Shown here in pieces: positions 39,043-48,559 of a stretch of DNA of 64,000 nt. Origin of the DNA: Gammaproteobacteria bacterium. GTDB taxonomy: Bacteria > Pseudomonadota > Gammaproteobacteria > Eutrophobiales > Eutrophobiaceae. Each line of letters begins with the position of its first letter. The stretch's first letter is position 1. The position numbers and the translations under genes were made by a program. The stretch is taken from the NCBI GenBank assembly GCA_965215365.1, contig CBDCDS010000003.1, positions 2,304,001 to 2,368,000 on the forward strand, given 5' to 3'. The notes beneath the pieces were generated by a model. It was given only the letters and a program-made list of their open reading frames with translations, was not told the DNA's origin and made no database searches.

Positions 39043-39936
39043 GGGGTCGTTGACCCCCTTGCCATAGTTGGCGGAGAGAGAGGGATTACAAACTACCTCC
39101 CTGTAGTTTGCCCCTGCGGGGCCAGCTACGCTGTTCAAATTCGCTCCCGGCGAATTTGTCGAACCCGGGTGTTGATTATCGAGGGTTCGAATCCGTACTG
39201 CAACAACTACCACAAGGGGGGGTCGTTGACCCCCTTGCCATAGTTGGCGGAGAGAGAGGGATTACAAACTACCTCCCTGTAGTTTGCCCCTGCGGGGCCA
39301 GCTGCGCTGTTCAAATTCGCTCCCGGCGAATTTGTCGAACCCGGGTGTTGATTATCGAGGGTTCGAAGCCACACTCAACAACTATGGCAAGGGGGTCGTT
39401 GACCCCCTTGCCATAGTTGGCGGAGAGAGAGGGATTACAAACTACCTCCCTGTAGTTTGCCCCTGCGGGGCCAGCTGCGCTGTTCAAATTCGCTCCCGGC
39501 GAATTTGTCGAACCCGGGTGTTGATTATCGAGGGTTCGAAGCCACACTCAACAACTATGGCAAGGGGGTCGTTGACCCCCTTGCCATAGTTGGCGGAGAG
39601 AGAGGGATTACAAACTACCTCCCTGTAGTTTGCCCCTGCGGGGCCAGCTGCGCTGTTCAAATTCGCTCCCGGCGAATTTGTCGAACCCGGGTGTTGATTA
39701 TCGAGGGTTCGAAGCCACACTCAACAACTATGGCAAGGGGGTCGTTGACCCCCTTGCCATAGTTGGCGGAGAGAGAGGGATTACAAACTACCTCCCTGTA
39801 GTTTGCCCCTGCGGGGCCAGCTGCGCTGTTCAAATTCGCTCCCGGCGAATTTGTCGAACCCGGGTGTTGATTATCGAGGGTTCGAAGCCACACTCAACAA
39901 CTATGGCAAGGGGGTCGTTGACCCCCTTGCCATAGT
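39043..39936 (-). repeat. tRNA-Ser-linked tandem repeat: 4 identical 173-bp units plus one diverged 176-bp distal unit
   Basis: TGGCGGAGAGAGAGGGATT recurs at 39069, 39245, 39418, 39591, 39764 and 39937 (the tRNA itself). Confidence 0.96.
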
Positions 39937-39938
39937 TG
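39898..39938 (-). terminator. 19-bp perfect hairpin immediately after tRNA-Ser, repeated in each unit
   Basis: CAACTATGGCAAGGGGGTC-GTT-GACCCCCTTGCCATAGTTG; no strong U-tract. Confidence 0.5.
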
Positions 39939-40027
39939 GCGGAGAGAGAGGGATTCGAACCCTCGATACGCTATTAACGTATACACACTTTCCAGGCGTG
40001 CGCCTTCAGCCACTCGGCCATCTCTCC
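39937..40027 (-). tRNA. tRNA-Ser (GGA)
   Basis: GGAGAGA...CACGC-CTGGAAA-GTGTG, long variable arm, GGTTCGAATCC, TCTCTCCGCCA. Confidence 0.96.
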
Positions 40028-40126
40028 GGTGCGGATTGACGCTATGATATGGGAGAAAGCCCCGGCACACAACTTCCGAAACTCTGAAACTCCGCATGGT
40101 GTCATGTCAGGGCTGTCAACTGCCGC

Positions 40127-41875
40127 TCATTGCATATTTGGAGTGAGTTGCAACTCTGCCAGCCGCGCGTACATGCCGGCGCCGGCGACCAGGCTGTCAT
40201 GGTCGCCGCTATCGACGATCCGGCCCTGGTCCATGACGATGATCCGGTCCACTTTTTTCACGGTGGCCAGACGGTGGGCGATGACGATGACTGTGCGGTT
40301 TGCCATCAATTCCTGTAACGCCTGTTGCAACAGGTTTTCGCTTTCGGCATCCAGCGCGCTGGTGGCCTCGTCCAGCAACAGCAACGGCGGGTCTTTCAAT
40401 ACCGCTCGGGCAATGGCGATGCGTTGTTGCTGGCCGCCGGACAGGCGCGCGCCTTTTTCTCCCAGGAACGTGTGGTAGCCGTTTGGCAGTTGCCGGATAA
40501 AATCGTCCGCATAAGCCGCCGTGGCCGCCCGGACTACTTCGGCATCCGTGGCATGCGGGCGACCGTAGCGAATGTTTTCCAATACGCTGTCGGCAAATAA
40601 CACCGTCTGTTGCGGCACGATGCCGACCTGCTGGCGCAGCGCGCGCAGGTCCAGCTCGCGTATATCGATGCCGGCCAGCCGGATTTGCCCCTCAACAGGA
40701 TCATAAAACCGCAGCAATAACTGGAACACCGTGCTCTTGCCGGCCCCGGACGGCCCCACCAGGGCCAGAGTCTCAGTCGGGCTGATAGCCAGAGATAAGC
40801 CGTCCAGCGCCCACTGCCCAGGGCGGGACGGGTAGCTGAAACTCACTCGCTCCAGTACCAGCGGGTGGTTGGCGCCGGCAGAAAACGGGCGCGGGGCATC
40901 GGGACTGGTGACGGCCGGGCGACTGTCGAGGATGTCCAGCAAGCGCCCCATGGCGCCGGCCGCCCGCTGCACCTCGCTCCAGACCTCCCCTATCGCAGTG
41001 GCACTGCCGGCCACCAGGGTGGCGTAAACCAGGAACTGCACCAGAGTACCGGCGCTGATGCTGCCGTCGATGACAGAGCGGGCGCCGCTCCACAGCACCA
41101 GCACGACGGCGCTGAATGAGCATAACACGACCAGGCCAGATAACAGCGACCCCACCGACAGACGCCGGCGCGCGGCGGCGAAGGAACGCTCTACCGCATC
41201 GTTAAAACGGCGCCCCTGCACAGCCTCAAGGGTGAAGGCCTGCACCACCTGTATGGCATTTAACACCTCCCCGGCAATACCGCTGGAATCGGCCACCCGA
41301 TCCTGGGTCTCCCGGGACAGCTTTCGCACCTTCCTGCCGTACACCAGAACCGGCAACACCACCAGCGGTAACAGCCCGAACAAAAGGATACTCAGCCGCG
41401 GGCTGGTGACGAGCAACATGACCAGACTGCCGCTCAGGATAAAGGCGCTACGCAAGGCCATGGACACCCCGGCCCCGATCACTGACTGCACCAGGGTAGT
41501 ATCCGTAGTCAACCGGGACAGCACTTCACCGGCTCGGGTCACCTCAAAAAAAGCCGCGTCCATGCGCAGTACGTGCCGGTAAACTGCGCTGCGGATGTCG
41601 GCGACTGCCCGCTCGCCAATCCACATCACCGTATAATAACGCGCCGCCGAGGACAGCGCATAGACCCCGGACAACAACAGCAGCGCCATGAAATAAATGT
41701 CTATGGATTGGCCGTTGGCATCGGAAAAACCGTAATCCACCACCAGCCTGATGGACACCGGCATAGCCAGCGCCGCCAGTGCTGCTACGGTCAGGCAGAT
41801 TAACGCAAACAACATTCTGCCGGTGTAAGGGCGCAGAAATGGCAACGCGCGCCGTAGTGGTTTGACCTGGGGCAT
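40127..41875 (-). CDS. ABC exporter, fused permease/ATPase (MsbA-related)
   Basis: GEVLSRLTTDTT, GPSGAGKST, LSGGQQQR, LLLDEATSALD. Confidence 0.92.
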   Translation of the reverse strand: MPQVKPLRRALPFLRPYTGRMLFALICLTVAALAALAMPVSIRLVVDYGFSDANGQSIDIYFMALLLLSGVYALSSAARYYTVMWIGERAVADIRSAVYRHVLRMDAAFFEVTRAGEVLSRLTTDTTLVQSVIGAGVSMALRSAFILSGSLVMLLVTSPRLSILLFGLLPLVVLPVLVYGRKVRKLSRETQDRVADSSGIAGEVLNAIQVVQAFTLEAVQGRRFNDAVERSFAAARRRLSVGSLLSGLVVLCSFSAVVLVLWSGARSVIDGSISAGTLVQFLVYATLVAGSATAIGEVWSEVQRAAGAMGRLLDILDSRPAVTSPDAPRPFSAGANHPLVLERVSFSYPSRPGQWALDGLSLAISPTETLALVGPSGAGKSTVFQLLLRFYDPVEGQIRLAGIDIRELDLRALRQQVGIVPQQTVLFADSVLENIRYGRPHATDAEVVRAATAAYADDFIRQLPNGYHTFLGEKGARLSGGQQQRIAIARAVLKDPPLLLLDEATSALDAESENLLQQALQELMANRTVIVIAHRLATVKKVDRIIVMDQGRIVDSGDHDSLVAGAGMYARLAELQLTPNMQ

Positions 41876-41969
41876 GTAACGCAGACGGGTCCGATGAAAA
41901 AAGACAGACATTACCACAAACGGCAAGTTTGCGCGACAGTCGGCGCATTCGGGTTATAATGCGCAAGGT

Positions 41970-43133
41970 GTGAAAATTACCATCAGACAGACGGACCGCC
42001 TGGAGCACATAGACCGCAGCGCGTGGGACCGATTGGACTATGGCGGCAACCCTTTTCTGCGCTACGACTTCCTGCACGGGCTGGAGCGTTGCAAGTGCCT
42101 AGAGGGACATGGCTGGCAGCCCTGCCACCTGCTGGCGAAGACTGCGGATGCGCGTCTGGTCGCCGCCATGCCGCTTTATCTCAGGGACAACTCGCACGGG
42201 GAGTTTGTGTTCGACTGGACCTGGGCCGACGCATACCAACGGGCCGGCGGCAACTATTATCCCAAGCTGGTAGCGGCTATTCCGTTTACTCCGGTACGCG
42301 GCCCGCGTATTCTTATCGACCGCAGCGCCGCTAACCGGCGCGGTCTTAAAACGTTGATGGTGCAGGCGGCGGCGCAACTGGCGCAGCGCTCAGGCCTGTC
42401 CTCATTCCATTGCCTGTTCACAGAGGAAGACGACCTGGAGCTGTTCGCCGACAATGAGCTGTTACCGCGCCGCACCTGCCAGTTCCACTGGCATAATCGT
42501 GATTACGAGGATTTCAACGACTTCCTGTGCCGCCTGACCTCAAAGCGACGCAAACAGATCAAGCGCGAACGCCGGGCGGTACGGGCTGAGCAGGTGGAAA
42601 TTTTGCGTCTGGGCGGCGCCGACATCAGTGAGGAACAATGGGCGGTATTCTACGAATTTTACTGCAATACCTTCTACCAGCGCTGGGGCAGCCCGCGCCT
42701 GACCCTGGACTTCTTTCACCACCTCAGCGCAACCATGCCGGACAACACCTTGCTGATCCTGGCCAGACAGGGCCGGCAATATGTCGCCGGGGCTTTTGCC
42801 ATGCTCAGCGATACCACCTTGTACGGGCGCCATTGGGGCTGCAACCGCTACCTGGCCAACCTGCATTTTGAACTGTGCTACTACCAGACCATCGAGCATT
42901 GCCTGCAACAGCGGCTGGCCTCGGTCGATGCCGGGGTGCAGGGGGAACACAAGCTAACGCGCGGCTTTGAGCCGCAGCTGGCACTGTCCGGCCACTGGCT
43001 CCGGCACCCGCGCTTCCGGCTGGCCATCGATGACTTCCTGCAACGGGAAACTGCGCAGTTGGATACATACATCAAGGCTTTGAAAACCCACCTGCCGTTC
43101 AAGGAGCCGGATAGCGGCACTCTTCCCATTTAA
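41970..43133 (+). CDS. FemAB-like GNAT protein (DUF482)
   Basis: SHGEFVFDWTWADAY, YYPKL, LYGRHWG, LHFELCYYQ, GVQGEHKL.RG. Confidence 0.9.
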   Translation: MKITIRQTDRLEHIDRSAWDRLDYGGNPFLRYDFLHGLERCKCLEGHGWQPCHLLAKTADARLVAAMPLYLRDNSHGEFVFDWTWADAYQRAGGNYYPKLVAAIPFTPVRGPRILIDRSAANRRGLKTLMVQAAAQLAQRSGLSSFHCLFTEEDDLELFADNELLPRRTCQFHWHNRDYEDFNDFLCRLTSKRRKQIKRERRAVRAEQVEILRLGGADISEEQWAVFYEFYCNTFYQRWGSPRLTLDFFHHLSATMPDNTLLILARQGRQYVAGAFAMLSDTTLYGRHWGCNRYLANLHFELCYYQTIEHCLQQRLASVDAGVQGEHKLTRGFEPQLALSGHWLRHPRFRLAIDDFLQRETAQLDTYIKALKTHLPFKEPDSGTLPI

Positions 43134-43144
43134 TTCCGACCGGT

Positions 43145-44296
43145 TCAGATCTCGCCAGCGCCGTCCCCTGCCTCCCAATACGCCACTGCGTCGGGTATCT
43201 GCGCCTCGTTCTGTGCGTGCCGGTAGTTCGAGGAAGCGGGGTAGGCGTGACGGCGCAGGCGATTCAGTTGGCCCAGGGGGCGGTGTGCCGGTAGGGCATG
43301 CCAGGGAGCAAATGCCAGATTTTCACAGAATTGCGCCTGTTCATCACCGGAGAAGTCCTGCCGGGGAATGCTGAGGGTCGCCAGCGGCATAAACGGCGCC
43401 TCCTGTTGCGGCCAGGCCCGGGTGGCGTCGTCCAGGGACATCGCTCGCGCAGCCGCGTCCTGCACCTGCACCTGGAAGATGAAGCAGGCGCCGGTGTGCG
43501 CCAGTTGCGCCCGTAGTTGCTTCCTTAAAAAATCAGCCCCGGACGAATCAGCCCCAAAGGAATGAGTACCAGAGGAATGGGCGCCAGTGTCAACAATGGC
43601 TGACCCCTGCACCGGGCGGGCGTGACAGGGACGCGCGGCAAATTTGATATTGTGCGGACCCAGCTTGTAAGGCGTTATACTGAAATATACCGGGTCCAAC
43701 ACACTCGCTGGCGCTGGCGACAGCACCTGTTTCCCGGCAAATACCTCCCTTATGCGCCACTTGAACGGATTTAAGCCAGGGAAGAAAAAACTCTTCAGGT
43801 CTTCCGGGTTGGCGATAAAGCTGTTGTAATCGGGCATGTTCCTGACAAAAAACACGGGCGTGTTGGCCATCAGGAAGTCTTGCACGGGGCCGTTGACACC
43901 GTCCTGTTCAAGCGGTTCCCCGTCTATCTCCAACAGCTTGAGCGCCATGCCCCGGGCGTCGTTTTTGTGGTCAGGGCTGGCCCGCAAGTCGTAATGGCCG
44001 TTGGAAAACCGCACCCAGGCCCGGTAGCGCCGGCCCGGTTCGGCAAATATGCCATGACGAAACTCACCGCGCAGGTCAGGCAGCACATCAAAATACGCGC
44101 GCACACAGGCATGGGCCTTGGCGTGGGCGCCGCGCGCCACATACTCGGCGCGGTAGGCCTCCACCAGCTTTTCAAAGCTGGCGCGGGTAGCCTCGCCCTG
44201 CCCCACCTCGTCGTCGCGCAACAGCTCCTGACTATGGTCAACCCGGGTGCAGGCAACCACCAGGCAGACGGCCAGCAGTGTCAACAATAGCTTCAT
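43145..44296 (-). CDS. Catalase-related heme lipoprotein (short catalase-like family)
   Basis: Lipobox VVAC; RGAHAKAH, RFSNG, QDFLMAN, HRPLG.LNR.R..AY. Confidence 0.85.
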   Translation of the reverse strand: MKLLLTLLAVCLVVACTRVDHSQELLRDDEVGQGEATRASFEKLVEAYRAEYVARGAHAKAHACVRAYFDVLPDLRGEFRHGIFAEPGRRYRAWVRFSNGHYDLRASPDHKNDARGMALKLLEIDGEPLEQDGVNGPVQDFLMANTPVFFVRNMPDYNSFIANPEDLKSFFFPGLNPFKWRIREVFAGKQVLSPAPASVLDPVYFSITPYKLGPHNIKFAARPCHARPVQGSAIVDTGAHSSGTHSFGADSSGADFLRKQLRAQLAHTGACFIFQVQVQDAAARAMSLDDATRAWPQQEAPFMPLATLSIPRQDFSGDEQAQFCENLAFAPWHALPAHRPLGQLNRLRRHAYPASSNYRHAQNEAQIPDAVAYWEAGDGAGEI

Positions 44297-44402
44297 CTAC
44301 CGCGCTCACAGAGTGAACCAGGCCGCTCGTCATTGCGGGCCCTGTCTCGAGACCAGCCCGGAATCCAGTAGGCAACAAGACTCATCACAAGAGATACTCG
44401 CC

Positions 44403-46136
44403 TTAAAGACTCTTCATATATTCCACCAAGGCCCGGAGCTCCCCCTCGCCCAGCGTTGGCAGGCCGTCTCCCCCGGTACCGTATTCGTGACCGGCATTGC
44501 TGTTGCCCGGCAGGCGGGTATCGAACAGGAACGCGCCAGGGGCGGGGGCGCTGACATAGCCGACCTTGACCGGATCGTATTCCCAAGAACCGATATGGAA
44601 GGTCTTGCTGCGTTCGACAGCAGGCAGCAGCAGCTCGTACAGGTTGGGCACCGAGCCGTTGTGCAGGTAGGGCGCGGCGCTCCAGATACCATTCAGCGGG
44701 CGCGCCTTGTAGGCCAGCAGCGCGCGGTCGGAGACTTCCTCGCCGCGTGCGAGGATTTCTCCGTCCAGGTATTTAGGTGGGTGGATCACTTCGGGGTGAC
44801 CCAGTTTTTTTGCGTCCCGAATCGCCAGCAGGCTTTGTAACGGATTGTTCCTGAGCACGCCACCCATGAGGTTATTGGCAACAAACAGAGCCGGCTCCTC
44901 AGCGCCCATGCTGGAGCCGACCAGATAGAAGCGCGGCTTGCCCTCGAAGATGCCCGTTTTTCCGCGCATTTCGAGGACGTTACGCGCCATTTTCGGGTCA
45001 GTTCCCAATTTTTCCAGGCTGCTCATACGCACCTTGATACGGCGTTGCGGATCGGTGCGGTCGATATCCTGGTGGCAGCTCAGGCAGTACTGCTGGTACA
45101 ACACGCGCCCGCGCGCCGCCTGCTCCGGGTCGATGGCCGGGAAAATATCCGGCCATTGCGGGGAATGCAATTCGGCCACTTTCTTTTCCACCGCGCGCAG
45201 GTTGCTGGTATGCACCGTCGAGGGATAACCGGCGTCATAGAAATACAACCAGGTCGCAGGAGTCGTTTGCACCCGGCCATACACGCCTATTACCTCACCG
45301 ATGTTACGCGCCAGCGCGCCGATATGGGAGTTGGACTGCGACCCGTTCCATTCCACATAGTCATGCTGGGGCGTATCCCACAGGTAAGGATAACTGGTGG
45401 GGGCGTCCGGTGCATTGAAATTGTCGCTAACGCCGGTCAGCGACAAGCCCTTGTTGAGGATGGCGCCAAAGGCATCGAGGCGCGAGTAGCCGTAGGCCAC
45501 CGGGCTGTGGTTGCGACGATTATTGTCGCTGATGCGGGCCAGGTCTTCCTGTAACAGGGTCTTGAGCGCCAGAATTTCCTGCGTCGAGGCGCGTTCCCCA
45601 TGGTAGCGTCGGCCCAGCCTGGTCAACTTGCCACTGTCATTGATGGCCGCCGCAAGGGACTGCTCCAGGTGCTGCAGGAATAGCGGCAGATCCAGCATGG
45701 CCTGACCGCCGTCGATACGCAACAGCTTGCCGTCATAACGAATATGCTGAGTATGGCAGGCGGCGCAGGTCAGGCCCACATTGTCCCCATCACGGGCAAA
45801 ACCAATGGGTAAGGCGTCCGGGTTGGCACCCGACTTTACCCCCGGCAGGAAGCCGAAGCGCATCATGTTCAAGGGCTCATGCAACAATTCCCGGCTGTCG
45901 TGCCGTTCCAGGTGCAGGAACAGGTCGTAGGACAACAGGTTGGAACCCTGGTTGAGGTGGTAGAACCATTGCCGGTCGCGCGCATCCCAGTTCTGCTCCA
46001 AAAAGACGATGTGGTCGGGGTGCAAGGCCTGCTCGTCCTGCAAGGCGCTGCGCGCCGGGGCTGGCGCGGTCAGGCTGAATAATGACAATGCCAGTAGTAT
46101 TGCCGGCGCCCGCATTGTGTACCGGATGTTACGCAT
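44403..46136 (-). CDS. Exported di-heme cytochrome c (RoxA/CcP-like family)
   Basis: Signal peptide; CAACH and CLSCH; GTDP; KARPLNGIWSAAPYLHNGSVPNL; GNSNAGHEYG. Confidence 0.88.
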   Translation of the reverse strand: MRNIRYTMRAPAILLALSLFSLTAPAPARSALQDEQALHPDHIVFLEQNWDARDRQWFYHLNQGSNLLSYDLFLHLERHDSRELLHEPLNMMRFGFLPGVKSGANPDALPIGFARDGDNVGLTCAACHTQHIRYDGKLLRIDGGQAMLDLPLFLQHLEQSLAAAINDSGKLTRLGRRYHGERASTQEILALKTLLQEDLARISDNNRRNHSPVAYGYSRLDAFGAILNKGLSLTGVSDNFNAPDAPTSYPYLWDTPQHDYVEWNGSQSNSHIGALARNIGEVIGVYGRVQTTPATWLYFYDAGYPSTVHTSNLRAVEKKVAELHSPQWPDIFPAIDPEQAARGRVLYQQYCLSCHQDIDRTDPQRRIKVRMSSLEKLGTDPKMARNVLEMRGKTGIFEGKPRFYLVGSSMGAEEPALFVANNLMGGVLRNNPLQSLLAIRDAKKLGHPEVIHPPKYLDGEILARGEEVSDRALLAYKARPLNGIWSAAPYLHNGSVPNLYELLLPAVERSKTFHIGSWEYDPVKVGYVSAPAPGAFLFDTRLPGNSNAGHEYGTGGDGLPTLGEGELRALVEYMKSL

Positions 46137-46145
46137 AAGGCGTTC

Positions 46146-47570
46146 CTAATCAATCGACAGCAAGGTATTTAACAGATTATCCCGAAAACTGATATTGCCG
46201 GTCAAGCTGTCGTGTTGTTCACACAGCAGGAATGCGTGATGCAACGGAAAGAAACTGTATTGATGGCGCGGAACGCTGGGGTCCAGGGTATCCCGACCCA
46301 GCAGCGAGGCCTTGGTGACGGCACCATCGCCGGGTTCCAGCAACAGGGCGTCATAGTCCACCCCGGGTACGGGTTGGGTGACTTCATCGGGGTACAGGCG
46401 AATTTCCGAAATGCCGTCCACTTCCTCGACCAGGATGCGGGCCGGGGTCAGGGTGCAGTCGCCGCCGAAGACAATCAATTTGGGATGCTCGTCCGGCAGC
46501 GGCACGGTCAGCGACCAGACGAAACGCCGGGCGCGCGCCAGCGACTTTTCAAAATACAGCTCCAGGGTATCGAGATAAACCTCGCCGGCAGCGGCAGACT
46601 CAAAGCGGGACAGAATGCGGGCGCGGGTATCCTCGGCAAAGATCGACCAGCCGAAGCGGCGCCAGGTGTCCACATCGAAAATATCGCGCGCCAGCGGCGC
46701 GCCGGTGGCGGTCACGATCCAGTTATTGAGGGGGTGCGGCAATAGCTGGTACATGCTCGGCATGGTCACCAGCAGTTCCGTGCCGATCTTGCGAAAACCG
46801 ACCTGTATGCCGTCGATGAACGAGTTCAGTATTTTCACCGAACCCAGGTTGGGCGTACCCAGCAGGATGACGCGCCGCACCCGCTCGCCGCCGTACATAT
46901 TCACCGGAAAGTCATTGTCATCTAGCACATCGGTGCGCCCGTAGCGGATGTAGTAACGGGCAATCAAGCCGCCCATGCTGTGCGCAACGAGGTCCACTTT
47001 CAGCTCTGGGTCGCCGAAGTCCAGCCGGATGCGGTCGATGAAATCTGCCAGCCGCGCGGCATTGTGCGCGTTATCCAGGCGCCAGTCATAGTAGAACGGG
47101 TAGTAATACCTGGTGGCGGCGCGCACGGTCTGGCCGGGCGCTGCCGGTTGATAGCCGCCCACCTCCTCCAGGGTGCGCATAACGTTGCCGTAATAGTCCT
47201 TGCCGGCAGTGTTATCGGCAATGGCAAATGGCTTGAGCGAACCGGCCTGCGGCTCCAGCGTGTCCGGGTCGATGGTCAGGGCCAGCTCTGCATGGTCGTG
47301 GAACAACAGTCGCCACAGCGGGCCGAACCAAAGCTCCTGATCGGTGTTCTCATCCTTGAGTTTACTGCCTAAGATGCCGTGGATGAATACTACCGGCGGT
47401 TGGTTCTCCACCGTCCTGCTCTGCAGGTACAGGCGTTGCAGATCAGGCTTGGCCGAACTGGTGAACCAGTAGTTGCCGAGCAAAGCCAGCAACGCGCCAA
47501 GCGCAATATAGAGCAGACGTTTCAAGCTGTGAACCTGTGTTTTCGATGTGTTTTTTTTACATAATAGCAT
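46146..47570 (-). CDS. Lipase/acyltransferase (LCAT-like alpha/beta hydrolase)
   Basis: N-terminal TM, VVFIHGILGS, YDWR, VAHSMGG, LGTPNLGS, GDGAV; start uncertain. Confidence 0.82.
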   Translation of the reverse strand: MLLCKKNTSKTQVHSLKRLLYIALGALLALLGNYWFTSSAKPDLQRLYLQSRTVENQPPVVFIHGILGSKLKDENTDQELWFGPLWRLLFHDHAELALTIDPDTLEPQAGSLKPFAIADNTAGKDYYGNVMRTLEEVGGYQPAAPGQTVRAATRYYYPFYYDWRLDNAHNAARLADFIDRIRLDFGDPELKVDLVAHSMGGLIARYYIRYGRTDVLDDNDFPVNMYGGERVRRVILLGTPNLGSVKILNSFIDGIQVGFRKIGTELLVTMPSMYQLLPHPLNNWIVTATGAPLARDIFDVDTWRRFGWSIFAEDTRARILSRFESAAAGEVYLDTLELYFEKSLARARRFVWSLTVPLPDEHPKLIVFGGDCTLTPARILVEEVDGISEIRLYPDEVTQPVPGVDYDALLLEPGDGAVTKASLLGRDTLDPSVPRHQYSFFPLHHAFLLCEQHDSLTGNISFRDNLLNTLLSID

Positions 47571-47620
47571 TGTTGCCGATGGACTGGCTTTTTTCCGGGT
47601 AAAGGTATATCTTGTGAGAT

Positions 47621-48559
47621 ATGCGGGCTAAATTTCACCGTAGCGCCAAATTCGTCAGTGCGCTAGCGCTGTTGCTGTGCTGTCAGGCTTGCGCGCCGCA
47701 GCGGGAAGTTGTCGCGCCTTTCGACATGGCGACGCATTCCAGAACTGTGGCAGTGAACGGCCTGGAATTCCCGGTCACCGTATACGGGGACGGGCCGGCC
47801 GTGGTGTTCCTGCACGGTTTCCCGGATTCCCGCGCAGTCTGGCGCTACCAGATACAGGCGGTGGCCGATGCCGGCTACCGGGTGATCGTCCCGGACCAGC
47901 GCGGGTTCGGCAACGCCAGCCGGCCGCAGGGCGAGGAACATTATCGCATCGACCTGCTGGCGGCGGACATTATCGGCATCATGGATGAACTGGGCATTGC
48001 GCGGGCGCGGCTGGTCGGTCATGACTTCGGCGCCGGGCTGGCCTGGTTCATGGCGGCGCATACCCCGGAACGCTTTGAACAGCTGGTAGTCATGTCGGTG
48101 GGCTCCTCGGGCAACCCCGGTTGGGATACCATCGAGCAGCGGGAAGCATCCTGGTATTTTGACTTCTTCAACAAGACCGGGATCGCGGAAACCGCGCTGC
48201 AAGCGCAGGACTGGGACTTCTTCCGACGCCTCACCCGCCACAGCGGCGACCAGCAACACTTTATCCGCGACCTGTCCCGTCCCGGCGCGCTGACTGCGGC
48301 GCTGAACTGGTACCGCGCCAATACCCGCGGCTGGGGCGGCCTGCACGGCGGTCTTAACTATCCACTGATCGATATGCCGGTGATGGGCATCTGGAGCAGC
48401 GGCGACCCGTTCCTCAAGGAACCGCAGATGCAGCAATCCGCCATCAATGTCGCCAGCCGCTGGCGCTATGAGCGCATTGAGGATGCCGGACACTGGTTTA
48501 TGCTGGAGGAACCGGCGGCGGTGAACCGCCTGCTGGTGGAGTTCTTTGGAAGTTTTTAA
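47621..48559 (+). CDS. Epoxide hydrolase-like alpha/beta hydrolase, lipoprotein
   Basis: LLLCCQAC, LHGFPD, PDQRGFG, GHDFG, LNWYRA, GHW. Confidence 0.85.
   Translation: MRAKFHRSAKFVSALALLLCCQACAPQREVVAPFDMATHSRTVAVNGLEFPVTVYGDGPAVVFLHGFPDSRAVWRYQIQAVADAGYRVIVPDQRGFGNASRPQGEEHYRIDLLAADIIGIMDELGIARARLVGHDFGAGLAWFMAAHTPERFEQLVVMSVGSSGNPGWDTIEQREASWYFDFFNKTGIAETALQAQDWDFFRRLTRHSGDQQHFIRDLSRPGALTAALNWYRANTRGWGGLHGGLNYPLIDMPVMGIWSSGDPFLKEPQMQQSAINVASRWRYERIEDAGHWFMLEEPAAVNRLLVEFFGSF

Noticed and set aside
39043-39936. CRISPR array or a cluster of extra tRNA genes
   Set aside because: There are no variable spacers, and units contain only the T-arm/3' part of the tRNA without D or anticodon arms.
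39108-40097. Repeated 78-102 aa ORFs in the tRNA-linked array
   Set aside because: These are by-products of the DNA repeat and overlap the tRNA and hairpins.
40127-41875. Calling this ABC exporter msbA
   Set aside because: Its motifs fit the MsbA-related paralog family, and it is not linked to lpxK.
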